The position numbers and the translations under genes were made by a program. Shown here one piece after another: positions 40,741-51,042 of a stretch of DNA of 64,000 nt. Position 1 is the stretch's first letter; each line of letters opens with the position of its first letter. Source of the stretch: Andalucia godoyi And28 (Eukaryota > Protista > Jakobida); NCBI GenBank assembly GCA_009859145.1, contig VRVR01000034.1, positions 1-64,000 on the forward strand. The letters are read 5' to 3'. Below the pieces are notes generated by a model. That model saw only the letters and a list, made by a program, of their open reading frames with translations. It was not told the DNA's origin and searched no databases.

Positions 40741-43168
40741 TTACTGCTTGTTGTCAGCAGCATAGTGCTCTGCGAGCATGGCAGCTGCCTCGTCAACAGC
40801 AGACTTCAGCTCGGCGGGCGATTCGAAGAGATTGATCAGCTCCGAAACATCCAGCTCGATCAACATGCCAGTGACCTTGGCCGGGTTCTGAGGATACAGA
40901 GCCTGCACGCTGCGGAACAGGAACTCGCCAAGATACCGCTTTGCCTCAGAAGGCTCCATGTGGGAGACGAGAGACAGATCAAGAGGAGCGGACGCACCAG
41001 CAGCCGGAGCGGCGCCAGGTGCGGTCGGCGGAATGGAAACAGGCATGGTCATGGGAACTCCCTCCATACGCTGACCTCCGCGCATCGGACCAGGACCGGT
41101 ACGAGGACCCGGGCCGCCAGGGGCTCCACCACGGGCTCCGGGGTACGGCTTTCCTGGCATTCCTCCGCGCATCGAGCCGCCACGGCGGCCTCCGCGCGAC
41201 ATGGGCAATCCGAACTGGACACCAGGATATCCTATTGCAAGTCAACAAGAAAAGAAAATAAGGAAAAAAACAGTCGATTAGAAAATCCATTCATCGATTC
41301 AAACAATCCAAGGAAGGGAAAGAAAGAAAAGAAAAGCAAGAAAGAAAAAAGCAGCAAGAGAGAGAGGGGGGAAAAATGCCGAGCGGCAATGTGCTTCGGA
41401 TGAGAATTGGATTGCGACGGATCAGACAAACTGTGAAAAGTATCATCAGGATAGAGCAAAGTGTCGTAAGCTGTATCAGAGTGAGCTGAGTTTGTAACAT
41501 CATGTCGAAACACCCAATCCAACATCGGAAACAAACAGACCACAGCAAACCAAACAACGAGGAAGCGGGAAGCGGGGGGGAAGCGAAAAGAAAGAAAAAA
41601 AGCCGAAAAAAGCCGAAGGAAGAAGAAGAAGAAGAAGAAGAAGCGGGGAAAACAGACAAAAACTAAAACAAAAACATACCTGGTTGAGCGTTCTGGGGAC
41701 CGTTCCAGCGGCGCATACCACCCGGAGGCGGATACATGAACTGCTGTCCTTGAGGGGGCACGACGCCCGGCGGGAAGAACATACCTGGGGGCGGCATTCC
41801 GCGACCACCAGGAGCACCATTCGGCGCAGGTGCTTGGGAACCCGGGGCACCTGGAGGAGGTGCCATTTGTCCATACTGCATGGCGGCAGCGGCGGCGGCG
41901 GCTGCTGCTGCTGAAGCGGCCATCATGTTGCGCTGTGCATATTGAGCAGCAAGCTGGGCCTGGCGGAACTCTCTCTTCTGGGCAATGGCCACATAGAGGG
42001 GCTTGGAACCCAACATACGCCCGTTCATTTGTGTAACGGCACGAGTAGCCTCCTCTGGAGTGGTGAAACAAACGAAGCCGAACCCACGAGAGATTCCACG
42101 CTCGTCATACATGACCTTGGCGGAGGTGATGTTGCCGAATTCCTCGAATGCCTTGCGAAGCATGTCGTCGGTGGCGTTGTCGTCAAGGTTCTTGATATAC
42201 AGGTTGACACCCTGGTACTTGGTCATGCGCTCCATCTTGAGTTGCTCAAATTTGCGACGGAGTACAGACATGCGCTCCGTCTTCTTCTGTGCGCGTCCGA
42301 CAAAGACTTGCTTGCCAGGAGCAATCTCCGCTCCATTAAGCGCATCCACAGCCGACTTGGCAGCCTCCGGAGTTCCAAAGGTCACGAAACCAAAGCCCTT
42401 GGAGGATCCAGTGCCCTCATCACGACGGACAAAGACGGAGAGGATGTCACCGTGCGGCTCAAATATCTTGGCCAAGTCATCCTCGGTCCAGGTCTCAGGG
42501 AAGTTCTTGACATAGACATTGTTGAACTTGGGCTCGCCATCCGAACCAGAGCGCTCACGGCGTGGTACGAATCGCATAACCTCCACACGAGTTCCGGCCA
42601 ACATCATTTTGTTGACAGTAGCAATCGCGGCGTCTGCAGCCTCCTGTGTCTCAAAGTGCACATATCCGTAGCCCTTGGACTTTCCGTCAGATGCCATTGC
42701 AACCTTACAGGACAAGATGTTTCCGAACGGCGAGAATGTATCGTAGAGAGACTTGTTGTCGATGTCCTTGGCAAGATTCTTGACAAAGATGTTTCCAAGG
42801 CCAGAACGGCGCATCGACGGGTCGCGCTGCAACCACATGACACGCATCGGGCGTCCCTTGAGCTCGGAGAAGTTGAGTGCCTCCAACGCACGATCTGCAT
42901 CAGCAGCACTCTGGAAGTTGACGTATGCATACTGCAGAGAGCGACGAGTCACGGCATCACGAAGCAAGCGGATCGATGAAATCGGTCCAATGGCTCCAAA
43001 CACCTCGAGCAAATCCTGTTCCGTGGCATCCGGGTTCAAATCACCAACGTACAAAGACGACGACGAAAAGCGTGCTGCGTCGTCTGCAGAAGAAACAGCA
43101 GCAGCAGCAGCAGCAACGGGCGCGCCAGACTCGACAGTCTGCGATACAGTTTGATTTGCAACGGCCAT
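40741..43168 (-). CDS. PABP: Cytoplasmic poly(A)-binding protein; exons 43168-41680 and 41231-40741
   Basis: Four RRMs ([28 protein letters not shown]; RGFGFVCF) and an MLLE domain ([15 protein letters not shown]). A 448-nt GTATGT..TAG intron keeps the frame. Confidence 0.96.
41409..41520 (-). ncRNA. Intronic box C/D snoRNA candidate (guide for LSU rRNA GUGAGCUGGGUUU)
   Basis: Minus strand: box C AUGAUGU (41503-41497), guide AAACUCAGCUCAC, D' CUGA (41479-41476), C' UGAUGA (41448-41443), D CUGA (41425-41422), flanking GGAUUG/CAAUCC stem; lies inside the PABP intron. Confidence 0.82.
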
Positions 43169-44140
43169 TCTTGTCTTGTCTTTTTTTTTTCCTTTTTCAG
43201 TGTTTCTCTTCAGCAACAATAAACTTGATTTTCTCTTTCAAAACAGAAAAGCAAAATCGAAGTTTGGCAGATGAGCGAAGAAGAAAGATGGAGAAAAAAT
43301 CAAAGAAGAAACTGATGTTTTTCTTTTTTTTTTTTGGTTTTTTGGATTTTTTTTTTTTTTCCTTGTGTCTCGTAGTGGACGCAAGTAAGGGGTTCTGCGA
43401 GGGGAGAAAGCACCGAGTTTCGGATAAACACGAGCTTCCTATAGACGATTCGGTAGAGGGTTCCACAAGAGAAGGAAAGAAGAAGGAAAAGAAAAAAAGA
43501 AAAAGAACGAACAAGGAGAGGAAGGAGAAAAAAAGAAAAGGGGGTTATTCAGTCAATCAGGTTCGTCAGCTGAAAGCCTTTTTCCTAGAATGGCTCGTTT
43601 CCCAGTAGATCGCAGACCACGGCAAAGAGCGAACTTCCAGATGACCTTAACTCTTACACATCGGGGTATTTTCAGAAAGCTTCCTCCTTCTCTTACAGCT
43701 CAGTTGCCTGTACATTGCACTCCTTCGTGTCTCAAGGTGAGACTGCGAAATCCCTCCCCCCCTCGTTTTGTCTGTTTGGTTTTTTTCTCCGCCACTTGTT
43801 AGCGTAATCAAAAAATAACAAACATAATAACAACAGCAAGATGAACTGGGAAAAAGGGGGGAAATGTCATGTCATGTCACTCGGTTTCGCTCATACACTG
43901 CTTGAAAAGCTGCAGAAATTTCGGACGCTTTTGCTGTCTTTTTATTTTCTCTTCTCTCTCTCTCTCTCTCTCTCTCTCCTTCTTTCTCTTTTCTCTCTTG
44001 GGGAGTCCCTTGGATTCTCATCGGAAAGTTGAAACACCTTCTGCCGACTTTTCTTTGAACATGTATGATCTCTTTTGCATCCTCCACCTTCCCGGGTTTC
44101 TCTTTTTTGCCTCCTTTTCTCTTTTCTGGTTTGTTTTGGC

Positions 44141-44257
44141 GGTGTCACGATGATCGAGAAAAATTGGTAGTCTTCGTTCGCAGGAGATACTGATTGAGAC
44201 CCTCTGCGCCAATGAGGTGTTCTCACTGAAGAGACCTTAGTTGCCTGAGTGCACACC
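44141..44257 (+). ncRNA. Intergenic box C/D snoRNA candidate, target unknown
   Basis: GGTGTCAC-G-ATGATCG ... CTGA-GTG(C)ACACC: 8-bp terminal stem placed in k-turn register around C (44150-44156) and D (44245-44248) boxes; internal CTGA at 44190 and 44226 and ATGAGG at 44212. Confidence 0.5.
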
Positions 44258-44502
44258 ACGAACCCCTTCAATTTTCCTGGTTTTTTTGTTTTTGCTTTTT
44301 ATTTTTGTGAATGAATACGAGCGTGGTTTGCTGACTGGTTGTTTGTTTTGATGTTCTATGTTTTTGCAGTGTGAAGTGAGCCGGGTTGGAAGATACCTCG
44401 CTTTGCCATTGCTGCGTGATGATGCAAGGTCAGATAATAAACATTATAAAAATGTAATAATTCTCCTTTCTGTAATTACCATTGTGGCCCGCTGTTTATG
44501 GA

Positions 44503-46866
44503 TCATGTGTTGTGCCGACGCACTTGCTCCAGCCACATCATGGCAAGAGCGCGTGTGGTCTTTGAAATATCGAGCGACGATGTGAAGGATGCAGCAACCG
44601 GATCCTCTTCGTCAGACTCGATGCTGAGGTCCGTGAGATCATCGCCCGCTGGTATATCAAGACTCGTTGTATCGGACGGGAGTAACGACGCGCCCGTCAT
44701 GGGCCTGCTTGGACCTGCCGCTGCGGGTTCTTCATCAAGATCAGCCATGAGATCGGCAAGACGAGCCTGTGCTCTTGCTTTGGAGAGATACTCGGAAGTT
44801 CGTGTTCCGGATGGAATACTGGCGTTCATCGCAGCGGAAGCCATGGGAGACAACGGCACGGGAGGCCTGGAGGAAGAAGCGGGAGGTCCAGGAGAAATCG
44901 TCAATGCAACTTTCGACGGGGTTGCGGTATTGCTAAGTGTGCCTCCAGGAGTTTTTGCTGTCGGTGTCTGGGTCGGAGCGGCAAGCGGGGTTGCAGGGCT
45001 TGCGACTTGCGTGCTGGAAGCTCTCGCAGGCGTTTTGGGGGCGGATTGCGGGAGCGACGGCACGAAGGACACTGAGGGAGAGTTGACATATACCCCAGCC
45101 CCGGCAACCGAGGGGGTCGCCGGCGTAATCGGCACGATTGTCGGCTGCGGAGTTTTGGCAACAATGGGGGTAGATGCTTCGCGAAGAAGCTTACGCCGCA
45201 TTTCTTCTTCATAGAGCAAGTCGACTGTGGTAGTGCGGCTCTGCAGTGCTGCGATGTCGCGGGCAGACCGACCGTCTCGAGTCTTGGCAAACACATCTGC
45301 GCCGTATTCACGAATAAGAATCGATACTGCTTCGTCATTGCCCTTGACTGCAGCTTCATGCAACACTGTCATTCCGGAAGAATCTGGGCCCTGGAAATCC
45401 ACATTTGCTTTTAGAAGAGCCCGCAGACAGCTTGTTCCGGTGGGAGAGCAGCACTGGGCTGCATAGTGCAACAGCGTTTTCCCTCCATTATCGCGAATAT
45501 GAAGTTTCGGGTGCTGTGTGGACAGAAGAAACTCGCAAACCTCCCAGTGGCCATCCAAAACAGCCCAGAACAGACACGTGCATCCGTTCTTGTCGCGAAC
45601 ATGAACAGACGCACCGGCATTGATCAACAGCCGCACAATGTCCAGGGATCCGTATCGACACGCCCAGAAAAGCGCAGTTCGACCTTCCTCATCCTTGGTT
45701 CCAAGCATAATGCCGGAGTCGATGAGCCGAGCGACGCACGCACGGTGTCCTCGAGCGCAAGCCCAGAACAGGGGAGATTTGCCGGACAGATCGGGCACAT
45801 TGCATTCAGCCCCTGCTTCCAGCAGGACTGCCATGCTTTCAATGAACCCCAGAGACGCTGCGTATGCGACTGGCGTCCGCTTATCAGCATCCTGTGCATC
45901 CTTGTCGGCCCCCACATCCAACAGGGCCTTCACCATTTTGCACTGCAAGGGACCGTCCACCAGGCAAGCACTGTGCAGAGGTGTGGCTTTGGCCTTGTCC
46001 CCGGAATTAACCTCTGCGCGGTACTGCTTCACCAAGGTCTGCACGAGATCGATTTGAGCGTGAAAGGCGGACTCTGAAAGCTGCGAAGAATTCATCCTTG
46101 CGCTGTCGAATGCAGATGCCGCCCAATGAAGACAGATACGACCATCATCGTCTTTCCAGTTGACGGAAGCATTGCGCTCCAGCAGCATCTCGGTAATCTC
46201 TTTGAATCCGAGTTTGGTCGACCAGAATATGGGTGTTTGGCCTTGAAGGTCTCGTGAATTTGGGTTTGCCTTTTGTTCCAGCAGCAAGAACTTCACCATT
46301 GCTACCTGGTTGGTGAGCACAGCATAGAAAAGTGGCGTTCTTCCGTGGTCGTCTTTCACATCCAGCTGTGCATGACTCTCCAGCAACAGCTGCGCACAAG
46401 CGATGTTTCCCGACAATCCACACACATGCAGCGGAGTTCTTCCGTCATTGTCCACGAGTTCTGTCTGATTCTTCACGAGTGGAAAGACAAGGTTCAGACA
46501 GTCTCGCGTCGTCAGTGCATTTGATCTGCAGCAATAATGCAGAGCAGAAAACCCCTTAGAATCCTTCACGCGTGGATCCGAATTTCGCGACAGCAGCACC
46601 TGCACGCACTTGATCTGTCCAAAATAGCATGCTTTGTGCAGCGGCGTTGCTCCAAGAGAGTCCTTTTCGTCGACACTCGCGCCTTTCTCAATTAAAAATA
46701 GTGTGCATTCAGGATGGTTTCGTGCCGCAGATTCGTGAAGTGCTGTCTGATATGCCCGCAGTGGATGCTTGAACTGAACATTCGCTCCCTGCGCAACACA
46801 CCGTCGAACCGCAGAAAAGTCTCCAGATACAACCGCAAAATACAATGTTTCTGACACAGATGGCAT
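44503..46866 (-). CDS. Ankyrin-repeat protein with Pro/Ser/Thr-rich tail
   Basis: About 15 ankyrin repeats (G.TPLH.A, GRTPLFYA, GRTALFWA, GMTVLHEA). Confidence 0.92.
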   Translation of the reverse strand: MPSVSETLYFAVVSGDFSAVRRCVAQGANVQFKHPLRAYQTALHESAARNHPECTLFLIEKGASVDEKDSLGATPLHKACYFGQIKCVQVLLSRNSDPRVKDSKGFSALHYCCRSNALTTRDCLNLVFPLVKNQTELVDNDGRTPLHVCGLSGNIACAQLLLESHAQLDVKDDHGRTPLFYAVLTNQVAMVKFLLLEQKANPNSRDLQGQTPIFWSTKLGFKEITEMLLERNASVNWKDDDGRICLHWAASAFDSARMNSSQLSESAFHAQIDLVQTLVKQYRAEVNSGDKAKATPLHSACLVDGPLQCKMVKALLDVGADKDAQDADKRTPVAYAASLGFIESMAVLLEAGAECNVPDLSGKSPLFWACARGHRACVARLIDSGIMLGTKDEEGRTALFWACRYGSLDIVRLLINAGASVHVRDKNGCTCLFWAVLDGHWEVCEFLLSTQHPKLHIRDNGGKTLLHYAAQCCSPTGTSCLRALLKANVDFQGPDSSGMTVLHEAAVKGNDEAVSILIREYGADVFAKTRDGRSARDIAALQSRTTTVDLLYEEEMRRKLLREASTPIVAKTPQPTIVPITPATPSVAGAGVYVNSPSVSFVPSLPQSAPKTPARASSTQVASPATPLAAPTQTPTAKTPGGTLSNTATPSKVALTISPGPPASSSRPPVPLSPMASAAMNASIPSGTRTSEYLSKARAQARLADLMADLDEEPAAAGPSRPMTGASLLPSDTTSLDIPAGDDLTDLSIESDEEDPVAASFTSSLDISKTTRALAMMWLEQVRRHNT

Positions 46867-47286
46867 CGTTCGTAACCGCTCTTTCCGAAACTATACAATA
46901 TGTATGTCGGTATGTTTGTGCGCGTGCGTGCGTGCGTACCAAACCCAGTAAGAAAAGAAACGTAGGAACCAAAAGCCTAGCACATTAGATAACCAAATCA
47001 ACTATGTACCAGGGCGGCACAGTTTTTGGCGATTGATGTGTCTGAAAAGTCTCGAATTCGGATTTTCTCTCTCCTTTGGGAAAGATAACCCAAAAAAAAA
47101 AAAAAAAAACGAAACAGCTGTAGGGATGTGAAGCCCGCTGCGACGGCCAATGTCTTTATGCTGGGTTGCGGGAGTACAAGTATTGGAGAAGGGAGGGGGC
47201 ACTGGGGCACAGACGATTGTGAAAAATTGAGAGTGTCATTTTTACGTGTTGGTGCTCGTGGAACGGGAAGGAGGGGGCCTTATTGC

Positions 47287-48948
47287 TTACTCCTTCTTGG
47301 ACTTTTTGGACTTCTTCTTGTCCTTCTTGTCCTCATCAGAATCATCGTCGGACTCCTCGCGCTCTCTCTTTTTGCTCTTCTTCTCCTTCTTTTCTCTTCT
47401 CTTCTTGTCTTCTGCATCATCTTGGTCGTCGTCTTCATCCTTCTTTTCCACCTTCTTGTCCTTTTTCTTATCCTTCTTTTCCTCCTTGTCGGTCTTTTCC
47501 TTCTTTTCCGCCTTCTTGTCCTTCTTGTCCTTCTTCACTGCGCGCTCTTCATCGGATTCATCGACACGGGCTGCTGCTGCTGCTGCTGGCTTCATGACAA
47601 CATCGGCGGCTTCATTGTAGCTCTTTGCAGGGGCACTGGGAGTATCGTACTTTTTGTTTCTCTCTTCCGTTCTTCCACGCCCAGAAATGGAGGCAACCTG
47701 TCTGCCTTCCAACAGTCCCAAACGCTGCTCAACACGAGCCCTATCTTCCACACCAATCGTTGCGTGATCCTTCTCGCCCAGAGCATCTACACGAACAGAA
47801 AGCGCAGTCTTTGCAGCAAGAACACGGGAGATCTTACCCTTGTTCTTCGGAGCGGCTTGTCCAACAACGGATGCGTGGAAGATCAAACCGTACTTTGGAG
47901 TATCTTTCTTTGCCTTGAGTGCACGGAAAAGAGCCTTTTCTGCACCGAGAATCTGAACTGTGGAAGCCGGATGCTTGGCAAGGTTGATCAGCGAACCGGC
48001 ATGTGCAATCAATCGGGCACCAACAACTTCGCCGACCATGCAGGTCAAGTTCGGTGCAATCGCTTGCATACGCGCTCGGAGATAGTCATAAAGCTGCGCG
48101 CGGTACTCGTGAAGCGCAAGAACTTCCTTTGCAAGCTCGCTGATGGAAACCAAATCTTCGGGGGCAATCTCAGCACCCATCGAGACCTTTGCAGCCTCCT
48201 TCACCTGCGCCGACAGCTCGTCTTCAAGAATCTCTTCCAGCGAAGTTGCGGCCGCATCAGACCGAACCCCGATGGCAAGAATCACACGCGCATAACGCAC
48301 ATGGTCTGCAACAATCTTGGACAGCTCCGGGAAGTGCCAAGAATACCATTCGCGCACTCGCATAGCATACTTGTTCAATTCCTTGTCGAGATCATCCAGC
48401 AATCCAACCGCCTGCACAACCATCGTGTCGATCTTATCAGGAGAGAACTTGAGCTTGTATCGTGAAAATGAATGCGCAAGACCAAGTGCCATGGCCTTGA
48501 TTACAGACTCGGATGCTTCGTTTTCACTGTCGTTGGCTCCAATGCTCGAACTTGTGAATCCCAAAAGGGCAGTCAGCTGCGAGCGGATTCCGCGCATAAG
48601 TTCCAAAGCAGAGTTGTCCGCAACGCATGAAATTCCAAGTGCTTCCTTGATCGCACCTCCCAAACGCGGGTCGCACACAGCAAGGGTTTCGCTGCCGGAT
48701 CCATCCAGCAAATGCTTCTTCAAAAACTTGCGAAGCGGCTTGTCCACTGTCGCCTCGACAAGCGCAGTGGCAGCTGACAGGGCCTCTGTTGTGTCTGCAA
48801 ACCGAGAGAATGCCTTCAGACGAACAATCTTCGAGGCCGTCTCCGGAGTCGAGAACGAACTCGACAGAGCATCGACATTCGCCAGCTTCTTTTCGTCGAG
48901 CACCTTGAACAACGCATACCCAGCCGGAGTCTCGAATAAAACCAACAT
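47287..48948 (-). CDS. NOP58: Box C/D snoRNP core protein Nop58
   Basis: MLVLFETPAGYALFKVL, GLAHSFSRYKLKFSPDKIDTMVVQA, KHPASTVQILGAEKALFRALK, KKE/D-rich tail. Confidence 0.95.
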   Translation of the reverse strand: MLVLFETPAGYALFKVLDEKKLANVDALSSSFSTPETASKIVRLKAFSRFADTTEALSAATALVEATVDKPLRKFLKKHLLDGSGSETLAVCDPRLGGAIKEALGISCVADNSALELMRGIRSQLTALLGFTSSSIGANDSENEASESVIKAMALGLAHSFSRYKLKFSPDKIDTMVVQAVGLLDDLDKELNKYAMRVREWYSWHFPELSKIVADHVRYARVILAIGVRSDAAATSLEEILEDELSAQVKEAAKVSMGAEIAPEDLVSISELAKEVLALHEYRAQLYDYLRARMQAIAPNLTCMVGEVVGARLIAHAGSLINLAKHPASTVQILGAEKALFRALKAKKDTPKYGLIFHASVVGQAAPKNKGKISRVLAAKTALSVRVDALGEKDHATIGVEDRARVEQRLGLLEGRQVASISGRGRTEERNKKYDTPSAPAKSYNEAADVVMKPAAAAAARVDESDEERAVKKDKKDKKAEKKEKTDKEEKKDKKKDKKVEKKDEDDDQDDAEDKKRREKKEKKSKKREREESDDDSDEDKKDKKKSKKSKKE

Positions 48949-49413
48949 TCTCTTTTTGGCCTGAAAGGGTTTGTGTTTGTGAATATGCTGTGCGGGTAGA
49001 GAAAAGTGGAAAGTAATATAAACAGAAGAAGGAGATGGAGATGAAGAAGAAAAAGATGGAGAAGAAAAAGATGAAGAAGAAGAAGGGGGAAAACGAAACT
49101 GGTTTAACACTCTGATAGACACTTCTCGATGTTATTGGCAAACGCGAATTGTTTTTGGAAAGGACGAGGAAGGGGGTTTTCGCACAAACTGGGATACACC
49201 TCAGGAATCACTTGATGCTACAGAGCATTTAGTGTTTCCTTTTCTTTTCTTTTTTTACAGCCAGCGCTTTCCCTCTAAGGAATTACTGGCCAAGATTGAG
49301 AGACTCGAGGAAACCCTGAGACTCTCTGCAGCAACGTTTCTAGTTTATTCCCCCTCATTTTACTTTTGCCCAATCAACGTCGAAGGAGAACTGCTCTCTC
49401 ATACCCTATTCTC

Positions 49414-49490
<77 letters not shown>

Positions 49491-49491
49491 G
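49414..49491. repeat. (TTG)26 microsatellite
   Basis: Perfect trinucleotide run ending 7 nt before the LUC7 ATG. Confidence 0.97.
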
Positions 49492-49498
49492 ACTGATC

Positions 49499-50902
49499 AT
49501 GGAAGCGTATCGACAGTTGGTGAACCAACAGTGGAGGTCGCACGGCGTGGAGCCAAGTGTTATGGGCCGCAAGCTGCGCCAGCTTCATTACTCGCACTTC
49601 TCAGTGTGCAAGCCGTTTCTTGTGGGTTTGTGTCCTTACGAAGCTTTGGAAAACACAAAGCTTGATCTGGGCGACTGTCCGAGAATCCATGATGTGGTCT
49701 ACAGAGCTGATTTTGAAAATGAAGGCAGCGAATCGCAGAAACAGGCATATCTCATGGAGCAGTTTGCGCTGCTGTCACGAGTGATTTCTGAATTAGATCG
49801 ATTTGCAGATCGAGAGAAGAGGTTTGTGGAAAAGTGGAGAGGCGACTCGGAACATCCGGAATGGAGAGAACTCCAAGGCCAAATCACAGCAAAGCTTGCA
49901 GAAGCCGAGCTTGCCGCGGAGGAAGGCGACATTGCCAAAGTTTCCGAAATTATGCTCGAAACAGAGAATCTGAAAGCACGAAAAGACGAGATTGAACACG
50001 CTGACAAGTCTGTCAATCGCAATGCAACGTATCAGAAAAATGTGTACATTTGCGATACGTGCGGTGCAAAGCTGTCTTCTCTTGACTCGGAACAGCGACT
50101 TGCCGATCATTTCGCAGGAAAGCAACATATCGGTGCACTGAGAATCCGAGAACGATTCGAAGCCGTCAAGGCCCTCCTGGCTCCCCAAGATACGGATTCT
50201 CGCAGAGTGGCCTCGGTCTTTTCCGACTTGCGACTTCCACATCCTAAAATTTCTGGAAGCTCGGTTCTCCGAGCAAATGTGGCTGTCGCATCTTCTGGAA
50301 GCGCCCTAGCATCCTTGGTGACAGCATCGCAAGAACGAGAACCGATTCGCAACTTGGAAACGAAGTTACAGGAGGTGGTTAAGCCACCGCCAAAAGTAGA
50401 CCTTGATGAGATTAACGCGCTCGTTTGGAAAAGGATTGTTTCACAAGCACCTCCCTTGTCCGAAGAATTGCGAGCTAGACTACGTGAGTTTCCGAATCGC
50501 AATCGAGATGAAGGCTGGATCAGCACTCAGCAAGATCATCCCGCCGCTCGGCCGCATCGGGTCAGCCGCGGTGGCTCCGGTCAGCGAGCTGGGCGTGGAC
50601 AGCCTGGTGGCCGAGGTGGATATCGGCATGATTCCTCTCGTGATCGACCGTATGATAGGCCGAGAGAGCGCGAGTTGTATGACAGAGACAGGAGCAGAGA
50701 CAGAGATCGCGATCGAGATCGAGACAGAGACAGAGAACGCGGAGATGCTCAGCGGGATGGACGGGACCGCGAATGGGATCGCGAGAGAGGTAGAGAAAGA
50801 TATGATGATAGGAGAGATAGGGACAATAGAGAGCGATACCGAGATCAAGACCGGGATCGCGACAGTTATTCGCGAGATCGTGATCGAGATCGACGCTGGT
50901 AA
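49499..50902 (+). CDS. LUC7: U1 snRNP-associated Luc7-like protein
   Basis: ZnF1 VCKPFLVGLCP..NTKLDLGDCPRIH, ZnF2 CDTCGAKL..RLADHFAGKQH, RD/RE dipeptide tail. Confidence 0.93.
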   Translation: MEAYRQLVNQQWRSHGVEPSVMGRKLRQLHYSHFSVCKPFLVGLCPYEALENTKLDLGDCPRIHDVVYRADFENEGSESQKQAYLMEQFALLSRVISELDRFADREKRFVEKWRGDSEHPEWRELQGQITAKLAEAELAAEEGDIAKVSEIMLETENLKARKDEIEHADKSVNRNATYQKNVYICDTCGAKLSSLDSEQRLADHFAGKQHIGALRIRERFEAVKALLAPQDTDSRRVASVFSDLRLPHPKISGSSVLRANVAVASSGSALASLVTASQEREPIRNLETKLQEVVKPPPKVDLDEINALVWKRIVSQAPPLSEELRARLREFPNRNRDEGWISTQQDHPAARPHRVSRGGSGQRAGRGQPGGRGGYRHDSSRDRPYDRPRERELYDRDRSRDRDRDRDRDRDRERGDAQRDGRDREWDRERGRERYDDRRDRDNRERYRDQDRDRDSYSRDRDRDRRW

Positions 50903-51042
50903 TTGATAATTTAAAAAAGGCACAGCGGATGTCCACGACGGCTGAAAAAATGGCGCGTGTCTCCGGGGGCTAGTGAGCGGGTGACTGATTGGTTGGTTGG
51001 TTGGTTGTTTTACGTGGATGATAATTTCTTCTTTGGATTTCC

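Noticed and set aside
41942-42979. Long antisense ORFs over PABP, NOP58 (47128-48465) and USP7 (13896-15143)
   Set aside because: Shadow ORFs opposite well-conserved genes, explained by codon bias; no motifs of their own.
44050-44257. U3 or U4 identity for the 44.1 kb RNA candidate (GAC..TGAACA..GATC upstream; GCCAATGAGG inside)
   Set aside because: Box A complementarity to the 18S 5' end is broken, there are no clear B/C boxes, and the U4 k-turn stem and U6-pairing arm are absent.
46991-47030. Imperfect hairpin flanked by AGATAACC direct repeats downstream of NOP58
   Set aside because: No H (ANANNA) or ACA box in the right position and no second hairpin; insufficient to call an H/ACA RNA.
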